Part shown: positions 46,141-55,256 of the stretch, in pieces
How the letters are laid out: each line of letters starts with the position of its first letter
How positions within the stretch are numbered: position 1 is the stretch's first letter
IMG/VR virus record: IMGVR_UViG_3300045051_000179
Coordinates: 47,051-111,050 of that record
Length of the DNA stretch: 64,000 nucleotides
Reading direction: 5' to 3' (one strand)
From: a virus
Taxonomy: Duplodnaviria > Heunggongvirae > Uroviricota > Caudoviricetes
Notes under the pieces: generated by a model
The model's input: the letters and a program-made list of their open reading frames with translations, nothing else
What the model was told of the DNA's origin: nothing
The model's database searches: none
Program-made: the position numbers and the translations under genes

Positions 46141-46338
46141 TCAAATCTCATCGTACTGTAGGGAAAAGAATAAAGCCTCCCCAATGAGTGGCCTATTCGT
46201 AAAGGCCAATCGCTGAGGAGACTTATCTTCAACTCGCTCCCCATATAGGAGCCATATGTAGGTTGGGTAATCCTTAGGCATGCCGAAACGATCTAGGTTC
46301 AACTTAGGAGGCGGCATGACGGGAGTTCGAGCGCCCAT
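46141..46338 (-). CDS. Hypothetical protein.
   Basis: A 65-aa ORF. Confidence 0.3.
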   Translation of the reverse strand: MGARTPVMPPPKLNLDRFGMPKDYPTYIWLLYGERVEDKSPQRLAFTNRPLIGEALFFSLQYDEI

Positions 46339-46673
46339 CAGAAGCCGAGAATAGCCTTTCGCTTCGCCAATCGCGCAGCCTTATCGGGCTGTCGTAGGCC
46401 CTTGATGCGAATGTACCTACCCTGTCGAGAGGCTGAGGCAATACGGTCCCTGAGTTGTCGCTTCTTCCGGTAGATACCCACCCTCGGGCGATCCGAGACA
46501 TCGCTATCCACTCGGTCTTTCTCAGGGAAGATAGGACCAATCCTGATCTTCTTATCCTTCTTTAGCATCTCTTGAATCCATGGCAAGCGCACGGCTAGCA
46601 ACCTAGCCTTGCTTGCCTTTTCTTCCTTAGTTAGTTTCGCCACAGCGTACCTCTGCTCTCTTGCCATTCTCAC
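46338..46673 (-). CDS. Basic hypothetical protein.
   Basis: A 111-aa ORF rich in Lys and Arg. Confidence 0.4.
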   Translation of the reverse strand: MRMAREQRYAVAKLTKEEKASKARLLAVRLPWIQEMLKKDKKIRIGPIFPEKDRVDSDVSDRPRVGIYRKKRQLRDRIASASRQGRYIRIKGLRQPDKAARLAKRKAILGF

Positions 46674-46787
46674 TCACAGAGAAATGTTTCTTAGTTGCTC
46701 CGCACTTAGGACATGGGGTATTTACGAGACTTCTCCATGCCTTGTCGGCATTGCCCGGATCGGCAGGCTTACCGTATGGGCTCTTAG

Positions 46788-48068
46788 TCAATCTAATTCC
46801 TCCCCCGACAGGTCTGATTCTTCGACCATTCGACCGGTTCGAAGATCAATGCGCATTGGGACATTCCTCTGCGCCTCTCCGTGACGGTTCTTCACTAACT
46901 CGCAGTCCAAGATATTCGGGCTGATATATCGGTCGCGCTTGAGGATGATGCCAATGTCGGCTGCATCTCTGATTGCGCCGCTGCCTTTGAACGTGTAGTA
47001 TCCGGACTGTTTGTTGGCAGGATCATTTTGAGCCTTCGCCTGTTCGTTGGAGAGTTGAGAAAGGGCGATGACCGTGCAGTCCAGTTCCTTTGCAAGATTC
47101 TGAAGTTCAAGGATCGTTGTGCGTGCATCTTTAACCTCATCTCCAGTGTCGTAAACATTCTGTACGAAGTCTACAATCATCAAGTCGAGACCCAAGGTCT
47201 CTTTCTGGTGAATCGCCTTACTGCGAATATCTGAGAGCCTGTAGGCGGTATCATAGATACGCAGCGAAGTTGTCGGTATCCATGCCTCTGCCCGTTGGAC
47301 TGCCGCTACTTCATCATGCCCAATGAAGGCTCGATTCTTGATTGTCCGCTGAGGAACGCCACTCTTGATAGACGCAAGCCTGATCAAGTAGTCTTCTTGT
47401 GTCATTTCCAGAGAGAAGACCTCGACCCACTTGCGAGTTTTCAGCGCGTGATAGATAATGTTCACGGCAAACAACGTCTTGCCTGTGCTAGAGAACCCAC
47501 CTACGACCCAGAGATGTCCGGGCTGTAGTCCACCTGTCAATTGCTGCAAGGTGGAACTAAATGGCAGTTTGATCGCATTGATTTCCTTGACATTCTGAAT
47601 ACGATAGAGAATATCGCTCGGATCAGGACTACGATCAGGGACAGGTAGAGTCATCCTTACGTTTCGCAAGAGTGATTCTGCCTCTGCCATCAGGCCGTCG
47701 CTGTCTGCTCGCTTCTCCTCTGCCAGCGTAATGAATGTCGCGCCTACCTGCTGTAATTTTCTTGCAGTGGAGAGGCCCTTAACGATCTTGGCACTCTCAA
47801 TTGCTTGCGGCACGGTGACGGGAATCTTGTTCAGTTTCTCAACGTACTCCATCGCGTCACCCTGTCCATCAAGGGCTTCGAGTAGCAATGGGAACTCAGG
47901 GGTCTTTCGGTCTCCGCTCACGCTGAGAATGGCCTTCATGATCTTCCGTGGTGTCGGTCCTTGGAAGTCATCGCTCCGAAGTTCTTCGCTATTGATAGCC
48001 CAGAATGAATCGGGGAATCGAATGATCCCCGCTAGGACTGTGTTTTCCGCCTCTATGTTCGCAAGCAT
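46788..48068 (-). CDS. dnaB: Replicative DNA helicase (DnaB family).
   Basis: GGFSSTGKT is a Walker A motif, LDLMIVDFVQ a Walker B region, and VIALSQLSNEQ the H4 motif. Confidence 0.85.
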   Translation of the reverse strand: MLANIEAENTVLAGIIRFPDSFWAINSEELRSDDFQGPTPRKIMKAILSVSGDRKTPEFPLLLEALDGQGDAMEYVEKLNKIPVTVPQAIESAKIVKGLSTARKLQQVGATFITLAEEKRADSDGLMAEAESLLRNVRMTLPVPDRSPDPSDILYRIQNVKEINAIKLPFSSTLQQLTGGLQPGHLWVVGGFSSTGKTLFAVNIIYHALKTRKWVEVFSLEMTQEDYLIRLASIKSGVPQRTIKNRAFIGHDEVAAVQRAEAWIPTTSLRIYDTAYRLSDIRSKAIHQKETLGLDLMIVDFVQNVYDTGDEVKDARTTILELQNLAKELDCTVIALSQLSNEQAKAQNDPANKQSGYYTFKGSGAIRDAADIGIILKRDRYISPNILDCELVKNRHGEAQRNVPMRIDLRTGRMVEESDLSGEELD

Positions 48069-48610
48069 TACTCTCCGTTGTCTTTTCTAATCTGCTTTAG
48101 ACCGTCTCTAATCTGCTGACGCATTGTTCTAACGCCCCATGTAAGGTGCACGGGAGGAGATGGCCATAGCCAGCGATCTGCAAGCACGAGTTGGGCCTGT
48201 GATTTCTTCTCAATCAGGTAGGGCTCGATCAATGTCAGGAAATCCAATGCTTCCTGCCCATTGAGACGCCACTTCCATTCCTTCTTGCTATCGGTTACGA
48301 CTACTCTACCATCGTTCATGACATCACCGGCAAAGTGGTTCTGCCCGCCCGAAGTAATGGAACCACCAAAGTGTTCTTGCATCCATTCATGCATCGGTCG
48401 GTAGTTGCCAGAGACGGCAATGGAGAGCGACAATTTCTTATCGACGCTGATCGTACCCTCGCCATCGAATAGACCAGCAGCGTAGGCGATATCAAATGCG
48501 GTGGGCCATGGCTTGACTCGATTAGCGGCCAAGTCGCTTCGGCCCTCAGCCAACGCGGCCTGAAATGCCGGATCATCCATGGCCTTATTCCAATGGTAAT
48601 CCCCTATCAT
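48068..48610 (-). CDS. LAGLIDADG-family protein; paralogue of the homing endonuclease at 22942.
   Basis: IAYAAGLFDGEGTISV ... FGGSI parallels LAYLGGFVDGEGCFSV ... FGGNI. Its start is coupled to the dnaB stop codon. Confidence 0.65.
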   Translation of the reverse strand: MIGDYHWNKAMDDPAFQAALAEGRSDLAANRVKPWPTAFDIAYAAGLFDGEGTISVDKKLSLSIAVSGNYRPMHEWMQEHFGGSITSGGQNHFAGDVMNDGRVVVTDSKKEWKWRLNGQEALDFLTLIEPYLIEKKSQAQLVLADRWLWPSPPVHLTWGVRTMRQQIRDGLKQIRKDNGE

Positions 48611-48840
48611 GACTTCCCCATATATACGGTATGAAGGGTTCTGACCTCAACATCGCTGTCGGTCAAATCCAAGTAACCAAAGTCCAGCCAGTCATCGATG
48701 CTCGATACGTACCTAGCCTTCGGGGTCGTGATCGTGATGAGTTCGAATCCCTGATCAACCAGTTCATCGAACTCAGTCACGGGTATATCAAAGGCAGCAG
48801 TTTCGGTGGCTGCCTTTATGAAGTGTGTCTTCTGTGTCAT
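48607..48840 (-). CDS. Hypothetical protein.
   Basis: A 77-aa acidic ORF. Confidence 0.35.
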   Translation of the reverse strand: MTQKTHFIKAATETAAFDIPVTEFDELVDQGFELITITTPKARYVSSIDDWLDFGYLDLTDSDVEVRTLHTVYMGKS

Positions 48841-49457
48841 GACGTTGCAAGGTCCCGATAGCGTGAAGCAAGGTCTCCTGCCTCAGCATAGAACCGAAGT
48901 TCATCACTGTGGACGCGAGTATCCTGCAAGGATCGATGATCCTTTGCATCGATGCTATACGTATCGCCACCCTTGATTTCAAAGATACGGCGTGGAGCGC
49001 CGACATCGAGAGCCCAATAGGTGATACGACGCGCTAGACGAGGTAGATACAGGTTGATGTACTGCCTATCGAAGTGCGTTACCCCGGACCCGCCGTAGGG
49101 AATGTGCGTGGAGTCCTCAGTGAACTGATCCAGCCACTTGGAAATCATGGCATCCGCGACGGCAGGATGAACGCCATTACCAGCCTGCAATTCAGCGAGC
49201 AGGCCGTTGGTCTCGTGCATCTTGCGTACGACATCCTTGCTCATGAGGGCCTTCATGCCCTTGGCGGATGGCTGGATGACAACCTCGAATGATCCTATCT
49301 CCTGTAGGGAAGGATTGTCGAGCATGATGAGTCCAACTTCAACAATCTCTGAGGCATCTGGATTCTGCTTTACGACTCCCGGTGCCGGATAGAGAACAAC
49401 CGACTCGTTGCCGGTCGTCTCAAGATCGAGCATCAGGATCAAACTGCCCTTAGGCAT
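48837..49457 (-). CDS. DnaQ-like 3'-5' exonuclease (DEDDh).
   Basis: LMLDLETTG matches the Exo I motif and HRSLQDTRVHSDEL the Exo III motif. Confidence 0.7.
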   Translation of the reverse strand: MPKGSLILMLDLETTGNESVVLYPAPGVVKQNPDASEIVEVGLIMLDNPSLQEIGSFEVVIQPSAKGMKALMSKDVVRKMHETNGLLAELQAGNGVHPAVADAMISKWLDQFTEDSTHIPYGGSGVTHFDRQYINLYLPRLARRITYWALDVGAPRRIFEIKGGDTYSIDAKDHRSLQDTRVHSDELRFYAEAGDLASRYRDLATS

Positions 49458-49612
49458 TAGGCTAGCCTCTCATCACCGTTAAGGTTCTCATCGAATAGGT
49501 ATCCTTCCACGGCATCCTTCGCCACGTCTGGGTCCTGAAAGATATCTTCGAATTCATCGGGTCGGTCAACGAGCCACTGGATGAATTCCAATAGTAGGTC
49601 CCTACTTGTCAT
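49457..49612 (-). CDS. Small acidic protein of 51 aa, not in the ORF track.
   Basis: Bounded by TAATG overlaps at both ends, and in frame between its neighbours. Confidence 0.3.
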   Translation of the reverse strand: MTSRDLLLEFIQWLVDRPDEFEDIFQDPDVAKDAVEGYLFDENLNGDERLA

Positions 49613-49785
49613 TACTTGCCTCCGTTCGTATAACCGGGAAATTCCTTGGCAATTGGGCAGACTACTGTGTAGTCTACGTAATCATCCTCGGGGTCGTTAT
49701 CATCCAGCGACTGCATCACGTGCTTCCCATTCAGTACGGCAATGCCTTCCTCGCAATAGATACAGTAGATCGTCTTAGTCTTCAT
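49612..49785 (-). CDS. Small Cys-containing protein of 57 aa, not in the ORF track.
   Basis: AAGGAG lies 4 nt upstream. Its start shares an ATGA overlap with the upstream gene. The peptide reads MKTKTIYCIYCEEG... Confidence 0.3.
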   Translation of the reverse strand: MKTKTIYCIYCEEGIAVLNGKHVMQSLDDNDPEDDYVDYTVVCPIAKEFPGYTNGGK

Positions 49786-50084
49786 TTGACTCCTTCTAGA
49801 AATTCAACAATGACATCTCCATGACAGGCGAGTGGCTTACAGAAACAGAGTAGCGTCTTACCTCGCAGGGGTTCTAGGAAGTCGGGATCGAGTTCTAGTT
49901 TTCCTCGCAGATACCATCGATACCAAGCGAGCACTTCATCCCGGCCCATAGGCAGACCATGTTCATCTAGGCTGCCGACAGCAATTGGATTCCCCCACTT
50001 GCCATCGAAGCCCCGCCCAGCCCTGCCAATGTAGACAGAGTTGGGCGGGATGCCATCATGAATATTAGCGACCGTTGTGGCCAA
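49782..50084 (-). CDS. DUF4326-like protein.
   Basis: Contains GNPF-type and LLCFCKPLACHGDV motifs. Confidence 0.5.
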   Translation of the reverse strand: MATTVANIHDGIPPNSVYIGRAGRGFDGKWGNPIAVGSLDEHGLPMGRDEVLAWYRWYLRGKLELDPDFLEPLRGKTLLCFCKPLACHGDVIVEFLEGVK

Positions 50085-50086
50085 GT

Positions 50087-51019
50087 CTACTTGGCGATCA
50101 ACGCATTCGGGTCGAGAATGAAACTCTGGCCCGATGGGAGAACGATGGTCTGGATGGTAGGAGCCAACTTCTGAATCAGTGTGTACTGAATCAGTTCAGG
50201 CGTGAGCGACTGCTGTAGCAAATCGTTGGCCTTGGCCTGAGCCTCGGCGGCGATGAGAACGGCATCAGCATTACCCTGAGCCGTGGTACGAATCTGGTCT
50301 GCCTGAATCTTCTTCTGGTTGAGAACCTGCTGCTCGGTGAGAACCTGCTGCTCTGCAACCTGCTTGGCCTCAATAGCCTGCTTGTACTGCTCAGAGAAAT
50401 CAATGTTCGAAATGGCCACGTCATCAACGACGATACCATAATCATCCAACTTGTCAGCCAACTTCTGAACTGCTTCCTTACGGATGTCTTCTCGGTGGGC
50501 AAGAACCTCACCGACGCCATACTTCGGGACAACTTCCTTGATGAGGTTGGCGAAGAACGGCCTGACAATCTTGTCAGCGTAATCGAGACCGACATTCTGG
50601 TAGAGGCGCACGACATTCTGCTGGTCGATATGAACGTTCAGGGTACCGGACATGATAACGTCCTGATATTCCCTTGATGCGGCAGCCAACTTATCGAAGT
50701 TGATACCCTGCACGCGAGTGTCAACGTCGGTGACGTTGTTCACGAAAGGCGGCAGGAAATTCAGACCCGGCTTGAGGGTCTCGGTCTGGACCTTACCGAA
50801 GGACGTAACGACGCCAACGTGGCCAGCCTCAATGGAATGCACGAACATTGTGGCGATCAGGAACCCGACGCCGAAGAATGCCAGCACGGCAGTCCCAGCA
50901 ATGGCGCTCGGACTTGCCCCCTTACCTGTTACGTCGCTCTTGGTCGTCGCCACAAACAAGAACAGAGCAATACCACCAATAGCAGCCAGCAGGCCCAAGC
51001 CTGTCAACAGAATCTCCAA
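50087..51019 (-). CDS. SPFH/band-7 (stomatin/prohibitin-like) membrane protein.
   Basis: An N-terminal transmembrane region is followed by a band-7 core (GHVGVVTSFGKVQTETLKPGLNF ...) and a Gln/Ala-rich coiled-coil tail. The start codon is TTG. Confidence 0.75.
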   Translation of the reverse strand: MEILLTGLGLLAAIGGIALFLFVATTKSDVTGKGASPSAIAGTAVLAFFGVGFLIATMFVHSIEAGHVGVVTSFGKVQTETLKPGLNFLPPFVNNVTDVDTRVQGINFDKLAAASREYQDVIMSGTLNVHIDQQNVVRLYQNVGLDYADKIVRPFFANLIKEVVPKYGVGEVLAHREDIRKEAVQKLADKLDDYGIVVDDVAISNIDFSEQYKQAIEAKQVAEQQVLTEQQVLNQKKIQADQIRTTAQGNADAVLIAAEAQAKANDLLQQSLTPELIQYTLIQKLAPTIQTIVLPSGQSFILDPNALIAK

Positions 51020-51020
51020 G

Positions 51021-51194
51021 TTAGTTCTTCCTCTCTTTCAGTTTCGCAAATACATAGGTTCCAGTAAACAGAATTGCGCCCAAGAACACCACGAGGATGA
51101 ATCCCTTCGGGTCTCGATCAAGAGTAATGAGCGCGGCGAGAACAATGATGACTGATACAATCCCTCCTAATATAGCACCGAATGACAACTTCAC
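51021..51194 (-). CDS. Small two-helix membrane protein of 57 aa (NfeD-like partner of the SPFH protein), not in the ORF track.
   Basis: AAGGAG lies 5 nt upstream of a GTG start. Its stop codon is 1 nt before the SPFH start. The peptide reads VKLSFGAILGGIVSVIIVLAALITL ... VVFLGAILFTGTYVFA. Confidence 0.45.
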   Translation of the reverse strand: MKLSFGAILGGIVSVIIVLAALITLDRDPKGFILVVFLGAILFTGTYVFAKLKERKN

Positions 51195-51400
51195 TTATTC
51201 TCCTTCTTGCTACGCTTGCTACCACGGCTGATCCAGAGCAACTGCAACCTGATAGCGGAAGCCATGAACTCTGTCATGTCCATCATTTCGTCATACGAAA
51301 CTGCGTTGTCATAGAGGAACTGACCACTAAGCGGATTGATCCCGTCTGCTAGTGCCTTGGCTGCCTTCTCTAGCAGTTCGATTTCACGTGTCTTGGTCAC
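51191..51400 (-). CDS. Hypothetical protein.
   Basis: A 69-aa ORF sharing a GTGA overlap with the downstream gene. Confidence 0.35.
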   Translation of the reverse strand: MTKTREIELLEKAAKALADGINPLSGQFLYDNAVSYDEMMDMTEFMASAIRLQLLWISRGSKRSKKENK

Positions 51401-51627
51401 TTCTTTTCCTCCGATGGAGTCAATGCAGAAATTCTGAGCGCTGTGTCATCCGGCCAAGGATCAGATTCGTCTCCAAATTCCCCCTTCTTGGTTAACCCCG
51501 CAACAGTATCAGCAAATCTCAAATCATTGAAAGAGCAGAGCGTGTCTGCTTTTGGGCTCGATGTCATGATGGCACTAGTAAATCGACTCAGACGAACAAA
51601 AGCCTCCGCGACACGATCATTGATCAT
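51397..51627 (-). CDS. Hypothetical protein.
   Basis: The internal start MINDR was chosen, giving an ATGA overlap with the lipoprotein gene. Confidence 0.3.
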   Translation of the reverse strand: MINDRVAEAFVRLSRFTSAIMTSSPKADTLCSFNDLRFADTVAGLTKKGEFGDESDPWPDDTALRISALTPSEEKK

Positions 51628-51836
51628 GGATTCACCGAGTCGCAACTCATGGCGACATATTGGCCCTGTCCAGTGCCACCTGCATAGAACAGGCAGTTCT
51701 CTCCGTGTGGCCCTTTGGCATAGGACCAAGAACCGTTGTCCTTAGTATCGCCACCAGAGGCGACCACTCCGGGGCCAGTGGTACAGCCAACTAGAAGGAG
51801 CGTCAAGATAATCAGTAGTCGTATCGGGCTAGCCAT
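51624..51836 (-). CDS. Lipoprotein (paralogue A).
   Basis: A signal peptide with the lipobox LLVGC, followed by CLFYAGG ... SC. Confidence 0.55.
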   Translation of the reverse strand: MASPIRLLIILTLLLVGCTTGPGVVASGGDTKDNGSWSYAKGPHGENCLFYAGGTGQGQYVAMSCDSVNP

Positions 51837-52128
51837 CAGACAGTTCCTTGGCCTCAGCCTCTAACCGCTGTGCCTCGGCCCGGAGAGTTGCCGCACGGTC
51901 GCGCTTCTCCTGTCGCTGCGTGGCGTAGGCCGTGACCTCATCGAGCGTCTCGGCAACGCCTTCGCGCCCGTTCTGGCCGCGCATGAAGGCGTCATCGAAG
52001 ACATCCTCCACGCCGACGTAATCGTGGAGCCATTCGTCGGCCAGATAGGTGTCCCCGACACGCAGGAGTTTCCCGTCGAGGTAGACCGCCGTCCATTCAC
52101 CGGCTGTGTGGAACTCAATTGCACTCAC
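51829..52128 (-). CDS. Hypothetical protein.
   Basis: A 99-aa ORF. Confidence 0.4.
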   Translation of the reverse strand: MSAIEFHTAGEWTAVYLDGKLLRVGDTYLADEWLHDYVGVEDVFDDAFMRGQNGREGVAETLDEVTAYATQRQEKRDRAATLRAEAQRLEAEAKELSDG

Positions 52129-52355
52129 TTAGATTCCTCCGTATGGCATGGGCATTCACATCGACCAGTTCGACCAAAAAACAATCGACCCGGATAGGCG
52201 CACTCTCTGTGCCTTGAGTAATCGCATGAAGCGCTGACACGTCCAGCAAGGACGTTCAACAATGAACGTAACGGGTCAGCCTGCATCCGGCGATCCTCAG
52301 CATACATCCAGAGACCGAGAAGAATGAAGCCGATGACCATGATAATCTCGCTCAT
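52125..52355 (-). CDS. Small membrane / Cys-rich protein.
   Basis: A transmembrane helix (IIMVIGFILLGLWMY) followed by the Cys cluster CECPC. Confidence 0.35.
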   Translation of the reverse strand: MSEIIMVIGFILLGLWMYAEDRRMQADPLRSLLNVLAGRVSASCDYSRHRECAYPGRLFFGRTGRCECPCHTEESK

Positions 52356-52807
52356 TCGGCAATCGCCTTACGAATACGTTCGCTGGCTTCCTCGGCCAAA
52401 CGGTAGCCTAACGCTATAGCATCTTCGCACACTGGGCACGTTCCGTGCCCCGGTACTCGTGCTGCCAGATGAACGAGCGCTGCCCGTGTCTCTGCAATCT
52501 CGCGATCTGAGGCCGACGACACGGGTAGGGCGGCATTGTAGACGCTAAGAAACAGTCGTCTCTTAGCATTGCTGATCGACCCTGCCTCTCGGATGGCAGC
52601 AACGGTCAGTTGTCCCTCTAGCACATCAAACCAGTCCAATGCCTCATCCAGAGCGTTAACATCCAATTCGGCTAGCCGAAGATCATAGTCATCTGGCGTG
52701 CGGATTGGCTCCCACGAACCACCGACACGCTCAAAGACAATCTGTGCGCCATCAGGCGCGTCTAAGTACGGATCAGTTACTCGAAATGGCCTAGGCCAGT
52801 CAGTCAC
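52352..52807 (-). CDS. Hypothetical protein.
   Basis: A 151-aa ORF. Confidence 0.4.
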   Translation of the reverse strand: MTDWPRPFRVTDPYLDAPDGAQIVFERVGGSWEPIRTPDDYDLRLAELDVNALDEALDWFDVLEGQLTVAAIREAGSISNAKRRLFLSVYNAALPVSSASDREIAETRAALVHLAARVPGHGTCPVCEDAIALGYRLAEEASERIRKAIAE

Positions 52808-53004
52808 TCAGATTCCTCCGTGCTTATATCTGCTTGGAATGCTGTTTCGCATTCAGGACAGACCAGTTCAATTGTCCCGCCTCCGAACAAGAGGGCAAAT
52901 GGGTCGGCCAACGTAGCGATGACCTCTTGTTCGCAGGAAGGACAAGAAAACGGTATCCCTATACTATCAGTCTCGGCCTCGATTGTCAAGTCCAGATCAG
53001 TCAT
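52804..53004 (-). CDS. Zinc-ribbon protein.
   Basis: Contains CPSCEQE ... CPECE. Confidence 0.4.
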   Translation of the reverse strand: MTDLDLTIEAETDSIGIPFSCPSCEQEVIATLADPFALLFGGGTIELVCPECETAFQADISTEESE

Positions 53005-53245
53005 CTTTGAACATCTCCATCTGCATCATCACGAGGATCGATAGGTCCCAACCCTGCTCATACCATCTTGGCTCTTGCATCTCTCCACTCTGCCAGCCTT
53101 CGGCATTTAAGAGGGTCGCTTCTTCTAGGAGTTCATTACGAAGGTCTTGAATCGCTTGAGCAATAGGATTAAAGGCATCAGCAGCCAAGACAAAGGCGCT
53201 CATGGGGACCTCTCTCTTACGAGCAATAGTCTTGCGCTCGGTCAT
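52997..53245 (-). CDS. Hypothetical protein.
   Basis: An 82-aa ORF. Confidence 0.3.
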   Translation of the reverse strand: MTERKTIARKREVPMSAFVLAADAFNPIAQAIQDLRNELLEEATLLNAEGWQSGEMQEPRWYEQGWDLSILVMMQMEMFKDD

Positions 53246-53264
53246 AGCAGTTCAACCTTTGTAG

Positions 53265-53507
53265 TCATGTCGGGTATCCTAGCCGTTCTGCCTCTGCCCA
53301 CTGCTCAGCATCTATCCTCGCAAGTTCCTCAACTAACTTCCTAGCAGTTTCCTCTATGGCATGGCCTCGATAGAAGTCTGTTACCCCAAGCGTGAGAACA
53401 CCGAATTGATCCTCTCGAATGACCTTCATCAGGGCCTTCATCATGTAGAAAGTCTTAAAGTCATTGATCATCCACTCGTCGCGAGGCTTATCGACTATGT
53501 AGCCCAT
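53265..53507 (-). CDS. Hypothetical protein.
   Basis: An 80-aa ORF. Confidence 0.3.
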   Translation of the reverse strand: MGYIVDKPRDEWMINDFKTFYMMKALMKVIREDQFGVLTLGVTDFYRGHAIEETARKLVEELARIDAEQWAEAERLGYPT

Positions 53508-53508
53508 C

Positions 53509-53751
53509 TTAATTCGAGGCCGTCAGATGGAGAACATCACTAGGAAGACCAACTTCAATACTGATGAGCGATCCATCTTCATAGGTGTTGATCATGATTA
53601 TCACTTTCTTGCCGTTGATCAGGACAGGAATTTCCTTCTGTTGCCAGATGTCGTTATGCTTGTTGCCATCCGTAGGAAAGCCCATACCAATGGCCTTACC
53701 CGAGTACATCTGTACTCCGATAGTATCTTTTGCGCTACCTAGGTATCCCAT
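53509..53751 (-). CDS. Hypothetical protein.
   Basis: An 80-aa ORF. Confidence 0.3.
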   Translation of the reverse strand: MGYLGSAKDTIGVQMYSGKAIGMGFPTDGNKHNDIWQQKEIPVLINGKKVIIMINTYEDGSLISIEVGLPSDVLHLTASN

Positions 53752-53960
53752 TACTCATGCCTCTCTCGAACAGGGATAAAGAGGGTCTTTGGAGGCTCTT
53801 GCTTCTGCGTGCTCCTCACCATACCATTCTCATCATGCGCCGCGAATTGCCCACAGTTAGGGCAATTCGTCCAACGGGACCAGAGAACATCGGGACCACG
53901 CTTCTGTAGGCTAATGCCATAGAAATCCAGCGAGGCCGTGCAATTACTGCATCTGTTCAT
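53751..53960 (-). CDS. Zinc-ribbon protein.
   Basis: Contains CSNC ... CPNCG. Confidence 0.35.
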   Translation of the reverse strand: MNRCSNCTASLDFYGISLQKRGPDVLWSRWTNCPNCGQFAAHDENGMVRSTQKQEPPKTLFIPVRERHE

Positions 53961-54220
53961 TCAGCATCCTTCAGCATTTCCTCGCTCATGGCAGCAAGTT
54001 CCTTGGCAAGGTCTACAGAGGGAATATACTGCTCGCTATCTGATTGCAGTATAGTCTCTAGGTTGTCAGCAAATCCCAGCCCGAAAGCAGGATTCTGTGC
54101 CGCCATCCTAAGAGCGACAATCAATACGACCAGATGGGCATCCTCTCCATTGAACTCTCTAGCAGAGTCATACATCGCAGTGATAACTGCTAACGTATTG
54201 AGCGCGATTTGCGGTGTCAC
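53957..54220 (-). CDS. Hypothetical protein.
   Basis: An 87-aa ORF. Confidence 0.35.
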   Translation of the reverse strand: MTPQIALNTLAVITAMYDSAREFNGEDAHLVVLIVALRMAAQNPAFGLGFADNLETILQSDSEQYIPSVDLAKELAAMSEEMLKDAE

Positions 54221-55068
54221 TTCTTTTTTGAAACCTCCCTAGGGGTGATACGATTAACTGATTCACCGGCAAGGAAGGCAGCCTTTGCTTCTTCTCCTGC
54301 AAGTTTGTAGCATACCGGACGAACTGGACAGTAATTGCATTGCCACAGGTCTGCTTCCGGTACATTGGAATAAGAGATAGGTTTTCCTGCTTTTCGCTGC
54401 GCATCGAGGACCATTAGCCTGTCATCAAGAAATGTTTCAACTTCCTCGTCAGACATTACCTCACTGACAATGCTCCTACCGTGCTTGGTGGTCCCGCCCT
54501 TCTTGAGGAAGATTTCCTTGTAGCCGTCCATCGCAAGGTATACGATTGATAGGTCAGTGAATCGAGCCTCAAGTCCTAGCAGCCATCGATAGATCGAAAC
54601 CTGCTGCCTGTGCGAGAGCCAAGCGGTATCGTAGAAAGGCAACTTAGCGGTGGTCTTCCAGTCTACGATCTTCTTCTTCTTGCCGGAACCGATCACTCGG
54701 ACAGTATCAGGCTGACCACTGATCTTGACGCCACGATGTTCTCGCTCATACCTGACTTCAGTATCAGACCTGTCGTCATCAACTGTTTCGAGCATGGCGT
54801 GAATGATACTTCCTCGAACGGCAGGCCAGTTATCGGCAGGAGAGATGTAGTAATCGTTATTGGCTTCTAGGAATACCTTGCGGGCGCATCCAAGAAGTTG
54901 CGTAACCGAGATAGAATCCGGGCGTTCCTTTTCTACCTGTACCCTAGTTAGAATAAGTATCTCATAGGGTGTGTTCGCCCATGAACCCTCCTGCTTGGCG
55001 ATCTTAAGTGCATCATCAAACAGAACGTTCTTGTTATTGGTATCGATCCAGCCGATTTGTGGACTCAA
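54217..55068 (-). CDS. Cas4/RecB-like PD-(D/E)XK exonuclease with a Cys cluster.
   Basis: IVDWKTT is a D/ExK motif and HRQQVSIY a QxxxY motif. An N-terminal Cys plus C-terminal CNYCPVRPVC form the cluster. Confidence 0.7.
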   Translation of the reverse strand: MSPQIGWIDTNNKNVLFDDALKIAKQEGSWANTPYEILILTRVQVEKERPDSISVTQLLGCARKVFLEANNDYYISPADNWPAVRGSIIHAMLETVDDDRSDTEVRYEREHRGVKISGQPDTVRVIGSGKKKKIVDWKTTAKLPFYDTAWLSHRQQVSIYRWLLGLEARFTDLSIVYLAMDGYKEIFLKKGGTTKHGRSIVSEVMSDEEVETFLDDRLMVLDAQRKAGKPISYSNVPEADLWQCNYCPVRPVCYKLAGEEAKAAFLAGESVNRITPREVSKKK

Positions 55069-55256
55069 GATTGTCCTCGTTTCTTTCTAGGCTTGATCAC
55101 GAGAGGCTGAGCCTCATCAGGGGTGTATGATTTGTGGCATGTATCGCAATCGATCTTATACCCACCATCATTCCACATACAATCGCTATCCCATGATGTC
55201 CAAATGATGGCCCCACCACAAGGACAAGACTTTGGATAGCGCTTATTGAAGTACAT
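55065..55256 (-). CDS. Zinc-finger mini-protein.
   Basis: Contains CPCGG ... CDTCH. Confidence 0.4.
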   Translation of the reverse strand: MYFNKRYPKSCPCGGAIIWTSWDSDCMWNDGGYKIDCDTCHKSYTPDEAQPLVIKPRKKRGQS

